64,000 nucleotides of DNA from Podarcis pityusensis. Taxonomy: Eukaryota. Within the stretch, counting starts at the first letter, position 1, and every line of letters starts with the position of its first letter. The notes under the pieces are model-generated. The model worked only from the letters and a program-made list of their open reading frames with translations. It had not been told where the DNA came from and did not search any database. Both the position numbers and the translations under genes were made by a program. Below are positions 50,368-64,000 of this stretch, piece by piece. Where the stretch lies: assembly GCA_964106645.2 (NCBI GenBank), contig OZ067041.1; one strand, given 5' to 3'.

Positions 50368-53300
50368 TATCTATGTTTTGCATTCCTACGCAAAAAATAA
50401 TAAAAATCTGTTTCTACTTGCTGATCTATGACACGTGTTTCTAGAAATGAAATGGCTAATAAAAGTTGGTTGATATTGTGAAGGAGTTCTTGTGCTCAAG
50501 TATTATAGGGGTCAACGGAAGAAATTATAAATTACCCTTTTGCAAACAGATACCCTCAGTTCTTGCAGAAAATGGACACTGTATTCTTTTGTGATCTATA
50601 CTTCACAAAATTATTTTAAGACTGTCCTAGTCACAGAATCCTGCCTGTTGCTGATTATCACAGCTGTAGGGCATACTTTTATTGTGATGTTTATGAATAT
50701 GGCTTTAATTGACAATGTCATGCCAGTACATTTTAATTGCTGTTTTAACAATATAATTAAGCTTTGAATTTATGCACTCTTGCAACTAGAGTGCTGTGCT
50801 AGGCTTGAAGCAATGAACACTGATAATAATGAAGGCACTAATTGAAACAGTTTTTAGTTTAGGATGCTGTTAGTTAAATAACATCATCATTATTGGTACA
50901 ATAGATAATTAAAAAAAACTGTAACACAAGATGCAGAATATAGCTTCAAGAAAAAAAATACATGCATTATATAAAGCCCCATTAAAAAACCCAAGTTCTT
51001 GTGTTTAAAGCACAAGAATAGCAACATTGAGTCTAATTGAGCATCAGAGCTCTATCTGCCCTCAAGGCAAGAGTTACACCTGCTCATATGACAGTTTTAA
51101 ATGAGCTGACCTACCTGCTGTCCCTTGCTATCCATTGCCTACTTATTGTTGGCTCCCCCACTGCATGCTTATTATACTCAAAATGACAGCAATGGACAAT
51201 ACTAGCACAGTATGGAGGTCTCTCGAGAGCAAACGATTATGGCAGACAACATGCACTGGGGGAAGGAGCTGGGGAAATTGGTCTAAATTGGTCTGTGTCA
51301 CCTCCCGCCCACACTATTGCCTAACCCTCTAGATAACCTTAGTATGATTTGCTCCCTTGTAGAAAAGCAGCTTATGTGCTCTATCTGGAATCTGTGGAAC
51401 AAAAGATGGATGGATGGACCTAAAACTTGTCCATCAAATAGAAGTAAATCTGTATTCTGAATTACAGCCATGAAGGACTTCCACTGAGTACAGGGACCTG
51501 GTTTCTTCTTTAAAAATTTAAAAAAAAAACAAAAAACTGCAGGGTTGTATTCAACTAACTCCTACTCAAAGCAGATCCATTGAAATTGATGAACTTAAGT
51601 TAGTCATGTCAATTAACTTCAGTGGGTCTTCTCTGAGTAGGACTATCATGAAATATAACCCATAATGCTGAGTAGGAGCAACTTCCTTCAGACCTTGTAG
51701 ATAAAGATGCACTCCAATTATTATTAATATTATTATTATTATTATTCTGTCTTTCTTCCAAGTTGGGATTCAAGGCAAATTATGTTATGTGGCATACTCT
51801 ATTGCATTTCCTGTCAACTGCAGGGCTGTCCTACAGGAAGCAGAAGGCAGACCTACAGAACTGACATTGGGTAAACATCATTGGCTGGATCTTGGTTGCA
51901 GGTCAAGTTCACCTCGATTTGGAACTGACATTGGTTCAGTTAGATTTACTGAATGCATGTTCCATCAACCATAGGAAAACATTCAACAAAATTGTTTCAG
52001 ACTGATGTATCCAGCAAAAAGTACAGTATATTTTGTTGCGTCCTTGGTCACTATCACTGCTTCTAGCTTTTATTTCCTTTTTAAAAGTCATCAATCTGAG
52101 GTAGTATTAGCTGTTTTTAAGATGTGAGGAAATCACTGTTATATAGTTATGATAAATGTAAAAATAAATAAAAGACATAAATGCCCTTTAAATATTGAGA
52201 GCAACTGGCATTTGAAACCTAATCCAATTCACCTTCCTCTGTTCACCTCAGTGCAAGCCTGAGGCTCTTAACATATTGTGCAGGAGGCTGCTGTGAAAGA
52301 AATACATCAAATTGGATTAAATTCTAATTTGGCGGAAGTCAGTGGCTGCGGCTAGGCATAATAGTATGCATACATAACATCCTTTAGCAGCATTAACAAT
52401 ATGTTAAACCACCCACAAGGCTGCAGGACATCACATAACCTCACCTCCTTTCTTTAGACTTCAAGACCCTCTTGCAGAATCGAATCTACCACTAGATGCC
52501 CCATTCTATAAATAGTGCAGGCGTGATGTCTAAAATTTTACAATTCTGGCACAACCAATAGCTCCCTAGGAAGAGAACCAATTATCACTCCACATATGTG
52601 CATTTATGTCCTATTAATACTGCATTCAGTATTAAAAAGCAAAGCATTTGTGCTAGGGGTGCATAAGCAATATAGCGATGTTTGCAAAAATGCAAGTAAA
52701 GTGTGACTGTGTTGCTCAGATACTGGCTTCTTAAAATGGACAACAAGTTAGAATTACTGAACTACACTCCAAATATATCATGTTAAAATGATTTCTTTAA
52801 CATAATGAAAACTTCAAGAAATAGTCACCCAAAGTGGCACGTTTCTTGGACTGAGAAAGGCCCACAGAATAATCCCAATATAATTTGCTTCTAAAAGCTT
52901 TGTATTATTAGAAACAAATGACTTTTCCATTTATATAGCACTGCTGTAATAGCAAGGCATTTCATGTGGAAAGTAGTTCACATCTGGAACACAAAAGATC
53001 AAGAAAATCTATGACAACGGATATCACCAATGAATGGCAAAAAGAATCATAGCTTTGGAAGATAAAAAAACAACTTGGAAGTATAAGTAGAATGTTCTGG
53101 CATTTTTTAAAAAAATGTAATTTGAGTTCTGTTATCTTATCCATCTTTTCTCCCAAAGTGAGCATGTGCTGATAATCATAGTATAATATATCCCAAAGTT
53201 ATTTTTGTCTAAAATCATAGCTCACAGTTCTGAAAACACTTCTATGGATTCCATTTCTCTATGCAGGGCAGCAGCAGAGAACATAGTGGGACTGTGCTGC

Positions 53301-56300
53301 TCATTTTACCTCCTTCCAACTGAGTTGCTGCTTCATACTGACCCAAAGAGGTGGAGGCAGCAGTAAGGTTGGCCTAGAGCAAATGCACAGGCCAGAGCAC
53401 TGGATTGGCTTCGCTGGTGTGTTTGCACCATGCTGACCTTGCCTGCCTGCCTCCCTTCTCTTCCTCTCCCCCTGGTGTTCTGCAGCGACTTAGCCAGAGA
53501 GAGTTCAGGTGTGTGGTTCAACCCCACTGCCCGTTGTTCACTACTGGAGAGGTTGGTGAGGCCACACGCAAAGGGGTAATTGAGATGTTTTTCAAAAAGT
53601 TCATATTGTTGATTTCTGTTTCCCTCACTGAGCAGCTGCTGGTAGTCACAAGACTATGTTTTCATTCCACAGTTCAGTTACTGTTGGGTTCCCATGGGAA
53701 AGGGAGACGGGATGTGACGTACACTGTTTTCCTGTTTTCCTTTGTTCTGTCATTCTTTGCTGGAGTTGCTCTCTGCTTCTCACAGAGACAAGATGTATGT
53801 TTGTACGCTCTCTGCATAGCTTAGGAATAAAGCTTTTCGCAATGTAGCCATACCTGCCTCATCCTTTCATTGCAGACACTGGATGTATACTCTGCTGGGC
53901 TCAAGCCAAGAGGAGCCGTATCAGCTCGATGGGCCGGAGCTGAATTCTAACACATATATGAGTATAGCTAGCTACGTATTTGAAAGACAGCCTTCCATAC
54001 AGACCCTCTTGGGTGTTAAGATCACTCTTGGGAGATCTGTTGGAAGCTCCATCACCCTCAGAAGGTCAGGGTGAAGGCAGTCTGCAGAAGGGAAAACTCT
54101 GTGCAGCCCCTAATGTGTGGAATTACCTCCCCATCAAGTTGCTCTGGCACTTTCATCATATAGCTTTAGTTATTTGATGAATACATATCTCATAGACCTA
54201 GCCTTTGACACCTGAAAAAGATGTTTTTAGGTTCTTTTGATTGTAAATTGTTTTAGCTGATTGTAATATTGTGTTTTGGCATTGCTGTAACCCACCTGGA
54301 GACCTTGTGGTGATGCGCTGAGAAGAAATCTGATAATAGCAAGTACAACTTCTCAAATGTGTTTTTGTGCATGTGCGTGCGTCTGTGAGCATATTATAAA
54401 AATGAGGTATATTGAAAATAGAAGAAAATATAATTTTAAATGAATAAAATTAATTATTCTCAGAAATAAGTTTGCAGAGGGCTTCTGGTCCCGCCTGCCT
54501 TAATGGAGGCAGCCCCCATGACAGCGGGGGATCATCAACGAGCAAAAAGGATGACAGAGGGTAAATCATCCTTGCAAATTCCCCGCAGGGATGGGGGGGG
54601 GGAATGGGCTTCATTTGCAATTCGTTTTGGTACCTGGCTTTCGTTCTGGCATGGAATGTGGGAGGTAGGGAGGCGCTGAGTGCAAAAGCACTTTGCCCTG
54701 CAAAAACCCTCCTATGCCACCATTATGGGCAGAATAAAGATAATAGTTTGAGTTCCTCACTTGAAGCTTTATAAATTTATATATTATAAAATCCTGAATT
54801 GAAATCATTAATTATGTAGCTGTTGTCTTAAGGAATTAATTGTTGTTGTTATAATTTGGCTATTATTGGGGGTATATTGGAAAACTGATTTTAAAAATTA
54901 CAAAAAAAAGAAGAAAAGAAATAAGCTTGCAGAGATCCCTGTGTGGTGTTTTTTGATTCTAGTTAGCAATTCACAGCCCCCTGACCTGTTGTCTGGAAGA
55001 CTTCACTTGTCCGTTGAAAATTCTAAAATGTTAAAAGCATTTAACATCTGTAAAGCTTCTCCAGATAACTGGAGAAGCACCTAAACATTTTCTCCTGATA
55101 TGAAAGGGAAGGAAGCACTAGAGATCCCACCTTTCTTTTCTGTTAGAACTTCTGCATCCTAAAGAGCTCATGCCTGGCAGAAGCTTTTCCTATCATTTCA
55201 TCTCCATGCTAGGAAAATGCTGCTAAGTATCTGCTTCTCAGATAACTGTTGAGGACACAAACACTTTGATAAAAGAGAAAGCTGGTAATAATAACAAAAA
55301 ATGCTCATATCTAGCTATTACAACTAGGTGGGTATGTCAACGTTTGGAGATTGGCATTCATTCAGAGCATCTTGTGTTGACATTGCTGAATCAAGCCCAA
55401 GAGAGAGGAAGTTGCAGGTTACTTATTTTCACCCATCTTTTTCTTAGAGACTAGAGCTAGTTTCAGTCTTGGCTCATTACACAGAGGACAAAAGAAATCT
55501 GTCAACGATGGTCAGATTGTTATTAGTCATGTATGAGCTCATGGTCCATGCAGAGTCAAATCTATTATTCATGGTACAGTGAGCAGAGTTTGCCAGAGTT
55601 TATGACTGTAAACAGTGGCTGCACTTGCAACAGCCTTGTTTAGGATTTGCATGGAAAACCAGACCATTAATTTCACTCTCTGCTTTTCTCTCTGACACAC
55701 ATACAACTAAGTTGAATATGGTTTTTGGATATTTTGCTCTAACTGTTCATTTTAAAGTATGAAACAACCCTAAAAAGTACAGTTTGATAGCAGATCTACT
55801 TTGAAAATCACTTTGGTTGAACCAAATTGATTTATTCACAGTACTATGATGTAACCCAGGAGTTTCCAAACTTTTTACTTTGTAAAGAACTTCTCTGCAT
55901 CAGTATGCCAGCTACAGAATCCCCACATACTGTGGAAGAGTCTGGGAAATGTTATAGAGAGCACAAACAGTTCAGGTGGCACCTGAAATTGCTGCAAATG
56001 TATTGCAAGTGGTCTTCGAAGCAAACCAACACTATGCTTGTGACAGTGTGCCTCAGCAAGACATTGTTTAGTTATGTGCAGGCTCATGGAGGGGGGCGGG
56101 CAGCAGCCAGGTACACTTGCCCTGGGCCTTGGAGGACTAAGCTAGTCGGGGAGTCCTGTTCGGTCTGCTGAAGTTATGCTGTCATGCCAAGAACAAGATT
56201 CCCGCCCTGGGCCTCAGACAAACTGGGCCCGATGATGTCCATTCATTATTGATCTTGGGCTGTGCTGCACAACCATAAAGTCTCTCTTCTGGTGGTCAGG

Positions 56301-57063
56301 GGACACCCCCCCTCCCAAGAAAGGCCTGAGATGTGTGTGGGGGAGGGAAGGGAATTGTTCAAAATCAGGGGAGGTAGATTGTACAAGCTTCATCACATTA
56401 TCCAGGCCGAAGATGCCTTGACCTTCAGTAAAGGCTTTGTAGAAGACACAGAGGGTTGAATCAGGAAGTGGGAGGGAAGACCACTGAAAATATCTAATAA
56501 AAAATCCAAAGCATCTCATGTTTCCCTCAGTTATAGTTTTAAAGCGCTGGTTAAATGCCTCGCAGAGAAAGACTATAGTACAAAGTAACTCCAGCTGTAT
56601 ATCTAGTTGCCAGTCCCTCCCCAAGTGCATGTGACGTTGCGTATCCTGGCCATAGTCAAGTCAAGAGACAGAGTAAAGCCCTTCTATTCTCAACTGCACT
56701 ATCATAAGTAACCTGATGCATAGTGCTAACATCTGTGAGACCGAGATGGGGGTCTTATTGTCTGGGTAGCCCACAACCTCCATACACACTGCATAGAGGG
56801 ATGCCAACAAGTGCTAATATAGTAGTGTGTTGACAACGTTACCACATTGCAGAAATATTTGCACCAAAGGGACATTTTGCAGTTTATTATGGAGTAGAAA
56901 GGTACATCCCCCTGTTGCCGTCCCCATCCCGTCCACCATATATTCTCATTTTGTTCTTGTTAACTCTGGCTATTTTTAGCCAGCGATGCCATGTAAAGGG
57001 GCTTTAAGCGTTCATTAAAAAACATAGTATTGTTTTTTTCTTAATATGGTAATACTAACCCTT

Positions 57064-57411
57064 AGGTTACAGGGTGGCGCTGTGGGTTAAATCACAGAGC
57101 CTAGGGCTTGCTGATCAGAAGGCCGGCTGTTTGAATCTCCGTGACGGGGTGAGCTCCCGTTGCTTGGTCCCTGCTCCTGCCAACCTAGCAGTTTGAAAGC
57201 ATGCAGTGCAAGCAGATAAATAGGTACCACTCTGGCGGGAAGGTAAATGGCGTTTCCGTGCGCTGCTCTGGTTTGCCAGAAGCGGCTTAGTCATGCTGGC
57301 CACATGACCCAGAAGCTGTACGCCGGCTCCCTCTGCCAGTAAAGGGAGATAAGCGCTGCAATCCCAGAGTTGTCCACGACTGGCCCTAACGGTCAGGGGT
57401 CCCTTTACCTT
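57064..57411 (+). mobile_element. Sauria SINE, full length
   Basis: Same head and CCCTTTACCTTTA tail; 8-bp target-site duplication TAACCCTT at 57056-57063 and 57412-57419. Confidence 0.9.
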
Positions 57412-57647
57412 TAACCCTTTCTTAATATGCCAATTGACTGTAGAAACCCCATCTGCTCTACAAAGTCTTCTGTTTCCTGTTTCTACAATAATAAAGCTCT
57501 GGAGTTCACAATATTATGTATAGAATAGTGCACAGAATATCATGTGATTATTATTTTGGAGACAAGAATAATGTATGTGGTCAGTGTACAATGTATAGAA
57601 AAAGAGTTATTAATGTGGCTTAGTGTTAGACATGACCTTTCAACTTA

Positions 57648-57917
<270 letters not shown>

Positions 57918-58806
57918 TTAATTTACCCACATTTTTTATTTCTTCACTTTCCTCAAGCATACTGACACAAATGAGATTCATTTGCTCATAACTGTAAGCA
58001 CTGATAAAATTTAAATGAAAAATAACTTTCTCATTGAAGCTCAATGGGGAGGAAATATAGCATCATTCAAACTATGTTAATTTCATAGTAATAATTCAGA
58101 ATGTGTGGTGCAGGGATGCCTTGAAGAAGCATTAAAGCGGTTACAGCCTTTTTCCATAGGACTTCCAGACTGACACTTTCACAGCAAAACTTTCATGTGG
58201 GAAATACAAATGTACCACTGCAGATAATCTTGGCATCATGTGGTTGTGGCTACAATAGGCCCACCCATGCTTCCAAGAGAAATGGTGCACATATTAGACG
58301 TCTCCATGTCTATATCGTAATAGCTAGACTATGCATTGTGCTCACCACATGAGAAATGGGCTGACTCTGCTTGTTAAGAACTTTGAAGACTCCCTGCTGC
58401 TAAAGAATGCTGCTGGGGATTATACCCTAGAGGAGCAAAGTGGCAAGATAAACAGATACAGTGGACCAATCAATGTATGGAGAAAAAGTAGTCATAAGTT
58501 TCCACTTCCTTGTGATCTATCCAGCTTTCTTTGGCTGTTGACACGGAGCTAAACTGCTTACCACATGGTGAAGAAAATTTGGCTCTTGTAGGAAAAAAAT
58601 GTTTTTATGCAGAAACTGATAACCATACTCTTTCCTGAGTATATGTATATACAGTATACACTTTCCCATTCTAATTCTTCTTGCATCTCAAATGGTTATG
58701 TTGTCTATTATTACTATTTTTAAAAAGGCCGAGTGGCCGGCTAGTTTAAATATATGTATCCAGCTATTGCTGGTTGACAAGCATGAAGAAGATGATTCCA
58801 TCTTAC

Positions 58807-59010
58807 GTGATCGATGAGTTCTTTGACCATCCCATTCCATTCTCCTTTGTCATTCTGGGCTCCATATTTCCCATCAGACACTAGTTTCACTTCATAGATG
58901 AAGCCTAAAATATTTGATAACTCCTTCAACAAATCCAAGCAGTACCCTTCAAATCTGTCGTTGCCATAAAGGGGTTTGTCAGATTTCTTGTACATGACAT
59001 ACGGATCTTC
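58807..59010 (-). CDS. GRIK1: GRIK1 exon: S1 ligand-binding segment, [24 protein letters not shown]...[13 protein letters not shown]
   Basis: cag|GAA ... CAC|gtaaga; 204 nt; inside ORF 58741..59028. Confidence 0.98.
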
Positions 59011-59494
59011 CTGCATGAAAAGACACAAGGCATGTCTCAGAAATTATTTTTCTTAAGTACATCTGTGATTGATAAAATACAGGTAAGGCTTAATTGCCTG
59101 ATAAAATTGTACATGGGCTACTTAAGAATAATAAATACTATATAAAGAATAGCACAGTAGCATAAAACTATGGCAGAGTCAAAAGTCTGGTATACATTTT
59201 TAGTGAAGAAGCTGAAATGCTTCCCAAAGATCCCTGAAAAGTTCACATTTATTTATTTGTTTGTTTATAGCATTTATTTTAGCTGCTCTTCACCTTCTGT
59301 AGCAGATTTATGGGGGATGCAGGGAGATGGTAGGATGGGAAAGTTCCCCTGCTAAAGCTTCTTGAGGCTGAAAACACCCACCCCTTTCATGAATGAACAA
59401 AAATGTGTAGTGATTAAATAAGTGGTTAGTAAGGCAACGTAAATTAACCAACGATAATACACAAAGAGTAGCAACAACACATGCCAAAACTTAC

Positions 59495-59608
59495 CAAAAT
59501 AGTGGTGACTATGAGCGTTCGGTTCGCCAGCGAATCAGTGATATTGGTAGATCTGTCTTTATTGCTGTCAGTCATATTAAGGCCACTGTTTGAGTTCCAA
59601 AGCCCAAT
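59495..59608 (-). CDS. GRIK1: GRIK1 exon: ATD end/linker/S1 start, [38 protein letters not shown]
   Basis: tgttctatgtag|ATT ... TTG|gtaagt; 114 nt, phase 0-0; not in the ORF track. Confidence 0.97.
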
Positions 59609-62304
59609 CTACATAGAACAAATTAGATAAATGGCTGCCAACCTTCATTAATTGTGTTAAGGAAAGGGTTGTTCATATAAAAAATGCAACTGAAAGTTCT
59701 GCACAGGAATTATTATTATTTAGGCAGAACTGTATGTTACAGCAATTGAGCAATAAACAAGTTGTGTAGGATATTAAAGGAGCAGACCAGCTGCATTTTA
59801 AAGTAACAGATCTATAATAAATGATGGATTATGAGTACTGTTAGTCGAGGGAAACACATTGCTCATTAAAAAGCTGAGATGGCCTAGTCACAAGAGTGTT
59901 GCATTAGTTATGTATAAAAATATTAAAAATATATAGTTTTGTTTAAGCAAACCAGCCTGCATTGTGGAACACCTACATTTCTGTTCTAAATGTCTAGTTC
60001 ATGGTTGTTGTTTTTGTAAAGGTGAAGTGGAAACGTAAGAAAACCTTTCCTTTCTAATCCATCAGTTTATAGAATATGCTGAAATAGGCTGCTATATTCA
60101 CTGGCCCTTCTCTTCTGTTAAAACCTGCTGAAGGTACAGATTTATTTTAGTTACTTTGTGACTATTGTATATGACAGAACCAATAAAATGACCCACTGAT
60201 CAGTGATAGCTCAGAAAATTAAAACAAAAGAGGCAGGGAAATCTGGCCTTGGCCTTTTTTCCAAACCCAGGAGCATTTTGTAACAAGACGACTTTTAGGT
60301 GCTTTAGGCCTATCTATTCAGGAGGCAGATATCTTATTTCAGTGGAATTTGAAATCCCATCTAGTGGCATGCATGTAAACTGCAAAGCAAACAATAACAT
60401 ACTTGTAAAATCAACTGTGCATGAATTCAATTTTTCACCCCCTTAGGCTTTAATGGAATGGCAGGGGAAGAAAAATAGCTGTCAATGACCAGTGTGAATA
60501 GCCAGTGTGAAACAACCAAGAGTAGGGCCAAAGCAGATGTGTTGATTGCACAAATGTGGATTTGCGGGGGGGGGGGGGGGCAGCAACGGGACTGCAGGTC
60601 AGAGAGAAGAAGTTTAATCCTTCTCCTCCGCTATCTACATCATTGGTGCTAAGACTTCCCTGTCAATGCAAATAGCTCACATAGTCTCAAAGGATGCTTT
60701 GATCCCCTGTACCTGTCATCTGCATTACAAAAAATGGGCATATTAATTGTATTCCTGCAACTGGCATTTACTTGAATGGAGAGGGTGTTTCTGCTTCTAA
60801 GGTGAAACTGTGAAGCACCCTTGTCATTTTTGCTAATAGATGCTGCATGTTTTTAAAGTAATATTGTTATACTGTACGTATAATATTGACATGTGGTTTT
60901 ATTATTTTTCTTTTGCTGTGTTTTTGTGAAAAAAATTTTGTAGCGTTCGTTTGAAATGCATCCCTATTTCTTTATTGTAAGCCGCTTTGAACATGAGTTA
61001 TTTGTGGAAAAGCGGCATACAAATAAAATAAATGAAAGAATGAATGAATGAAAGAAAGTGAAATACACCAGCTAGGTAGCATTTATATTAGTACATACTT
61101 AATACATATCTGGATTTCTTGATGCTTCATCCAGTGAAATTTGGACAGATTATTTTCTAAGACCACTTGATAATATTGTATACCAAGACTGCCAGATAAG
61201 ATGCTGTCTGTCTGAATCTGTGTCTTGCTGATCTTATATATATACCATTGGTCACATTAGAACTTCTACAATGACCATTATTTTAGTGGTCTCACCAGTA
61301 AAACCACATTTGGGGCATCTGTGACTTGTATCAGGGTCTAAAAGTTTAGATCTTCAGATCCAGCCCAATGAATGATTCACACCCACACAACTCAAATAGC
61401 AGCAGAAACACATAAACTCTACCAGTGATCTATCAGATTCTGTCAAATCTCCTGCCGGATTTTCAGTCCTGATCCATCAGATCTGTTCCATTCTGCCAAT
61501 GATCTGTCATTGTTCTATTATGCTTTTCTCATGACCTAGTAGATTTAATTCAGCCTGGATGGGCACTATTTTTGAAATCAGAAATTGGCAAGACGCCATT
61601 ATCTGTCAGTAGTCAATATTGACTTTGGCGAGATAATTTCAAATTAGGGCCTCTCTGAATTTAAGATCCATCAGCATCTTTGGGTTGATTCTTCAGTGAT
61701 GTTTAGTGGAATGTGTGAACTGCCTCTCTGAAAAGTATTGTACTTGAGGTAATAAGTACAATACTTAATTGTTATTTGAGCTGTTATAGATATTTCAGGT
61801 ATGCAAGGCATTATAGGAAAGTGCTGTACTATAGATGAAATAATAAAAAATCAGGTCTTCAGTGGGTGAAAACCTGCAGGCTATCCTTAGCTTTCTTAGG
61901 AAATTACTTTGTTTTTACTGCCTCAGCCTGCTGATACCTCATTCCTGCTTTAATTTTCATGATTAAAGCTATATTTTTTGAAGTATTGTGTTAAAAAATA
62001 ATGGCTATTTTTGGGTTGTTTGTTTGTTTGTTTCAGTATTCTGGGGCTGATTGTCAGCATCAACATGAAACAAACTATCTAATCCTTTGCTTCTGTTTGG
62101 AATAGCACTGCTATATTTTTATTTTCTCACTATAAGCTTTCTTTCATTCACTTTCAGAGGGAATCAATTCAGTGGTATTGATTCTAAAATAAATGAAATA
62201 CTTGTATAATAATATAGTTTTGCTGGGAGTGAGGGGAAGATACACTATTCATAGATTCAGATTTTTTTTCTTTGCAGTCTTTGCAATAAAGTCATAACTG
62301 TAAG

Positions 62305-62512
62305 GAACTACTGTGTATTAAGTCAGACCAATGAGCCATGTTGTCCGATGCTGTCTATCACTCTTCAGCAATTCTCAAATCTGCAGCAATTCTCAAATCT
62401 CAGGCAAAGCTTTTCCCCAGCCCTGTAACCTGATAGGTTTTGGCTGAAGATAGCAGAGGTTGAACTACAGGTTATACATGTAAAATGTGTGTGCTACCAC
62501 AAACCAATGTCC
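62305..62512 (-). mobile_element. Degraded tRNA-derived SINE
   Basis: Reverse-oriented head (gaggttgaac...tgtgtgtgctaccac) resembling squamate SINEs; family not certain. Confidence 0.4.
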
Positions 62513-63058
62513 TGTAGGTTTCCTGATGTACTTACACTAAGTGTGGAATTGTTGACAATGGGAAATTGTAACACATTCATACCAAAAAATAATTAAAAAG
62601 GGAACAATACAGTCACAAAATTTACAGAATACAATATATACACTGTACATTAGCATCAAAGGAATGAGAGTGTAGGCCAACCTTACAGTTATGGGAAAGG
62701 TCAGGAGGGCATTGAAGGAACGAGACCAAAGTAACACAGCACTAGGGTGAATTCAGGAGATTTATTGCAGTTTAGTGACAAGTTCAAAGCATAAAATATG
62801 ACAAATAGTGTCCAGTGCATTTTTTTAATTCATTAGAATTTGGATTAAATTAATTAAGCATAATAACTTGAACTACCAACAATGAAAAGATTCGTTACAA
62901 TATGTCAGATCATGACACATTAGTTGATGAGAAAAATTGGTTTTTAAAAAAATCTTTGACTATTTTACTGCTTATTAAAATATGTTTAATAATTAGGCAT
63001 TTTATTAGGTTATAATGAGATTGATGAGAAGCTGTAACTAATAATACTATGCCTGTAT

Positions 63059-63089
63059 GTAGATAGATAGAGAGATAGATAGATAGATA
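63059..63089. repeat. (TAGA)n microsatellite
   Basis: Imperfect tetranucleotide run. Confidence 0.9.
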
Positions 63090-63896
63090 TAAATTATTGT
63101 TGCAAGATATATAACCAATATCCTAGGTTTAAACAAGTGGGCTGCAATGAGAGCTTCCTGCTTTGTGATAGGAAAATACTTATGTTGTTCTCATGCATAC
63201 ACTATTTCTCTTTTAAATGGAGAAGCTCCTTAATGGGCAAGGCTAAGTGCATGCAAACAGTGTCGCTTAATTGTGGCATTTACATGGAAGTAAGCTTTCT
63301 CAAAATAAATGGAAAGTACTTCTATATCATATGTTTTGGATTAGGGTGTAACATCTAGATAGTGTTTAAAACTTGGTCCTAGTTTTGTACACTTCGCCAT
63401 CAGATACAATGGAAAGGTAATCAGCATTTCAGACTCCCATAATCTGATCTCACTATTCAGTAGAAAAAGACTGTATTATTGTAAAGGAATTCTTAAAACA
63501 GGCTACCTCAGCCTCGGCCCTCCAGATGTTTTATTTTTCCAGTATCATTGCAAAATATTAAGGCTGCAATCCAGCTGCCTTATTACTCGTGTATAAATCC
63601 CACAGGGTCTTAAAATGAGCATTGCTAATAGCAGGATTGCACCCTAAAGTGAAAGCTGTTACATATAATACTGACTCCTCAGCGGATTGTGGCCAAAACT
63701 CACTGTGACTTCAGCACTCTACAACTGGATAGATAAAATGGTTAATCAAAAGTCTATACTACATAGCATAGTTTATTCTAAGACCGACTTTTATTGTCTC
63801 TAAACTGCAATTGGAGACCATTTGTCAAAACCCTAAGGAAGAGTTTTTTTCAGACTCAACCTGTAGGTTTCTTACATCATCTGTCTATATACAAAC

Positions 63897-63941
63897 CTTC
63901 TTCCATACTTTATATAAATTATTAGTAGCTTCACCAGCAGC
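63897..63941 (-). CDS. GRIK1: GRIK1 alternative 45-nt ATD insert exon (GluK1-1 'exon 9'), AAGEATNNLYKVWKK
   Basis: ttcttttctaaattaag|GCT...AAG|gtttgt; 15 codons, phase 0-0; matches recalled mammalian insert A(A/S)GEVSKHLYKVWKK; not in the ORF track. Confidence 0.93.
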
Positions 63942-64000
63942 CTTAATTTAGAAAAGAACAGAAAGGGACACAAAACAGTTCTTCAGTCAAAATATAAAGC

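Overview
Vertebrate genomic DNA from a squamate reptile (Sauria SINEs; subfamily looks lacertid, which is inference). The right 36 kb holds the 3' half of the kainate receptor gene GRIK1 (GluK1/GluR5) on the minus strand. I mapped ten coding exons with GT-AG boundaries and consistent phases: the 45-nt alternative ATD insert exon (63897-63941), seven constitutive exons from the end of the ATD through S1/M1/M2/M3/S2/M4, and two alternative terminal exons, a GluK1d-type exon (33406-33555) and the GluK1b exon (28185-28340, AATAAA at 27873). The 5' part of the gene lies beyond the window end. The left ~27.8 kb is non-coding, with CR1/L2 LINE fragments, SINEs, Tc1/mariner-type and hAT MITEs and microsatellites. 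Main observations: (1) an ~90-nt intronic inverted repeat (47707-47796) that pairs with the Q/R editing codon, its 5' splice site and the proximal intron ~1.27 kb away, i.e. the ADAR editing-complementary sequence; (2) an intact GluK1d exon, an isoform usually described as human-only; (3) Asn instead of Ser at the position that sets GluK1 agonist selectivity; (4) a GluK2-like ETMA C-terminus followed by a 3'UTR that stays open in frame for 100 codons. Mammalian sequences used for comparison are recalled from memory and need confirming by alignment. I found no wholly new system; the best signals are RNA-level regulatory features of GRIK1.
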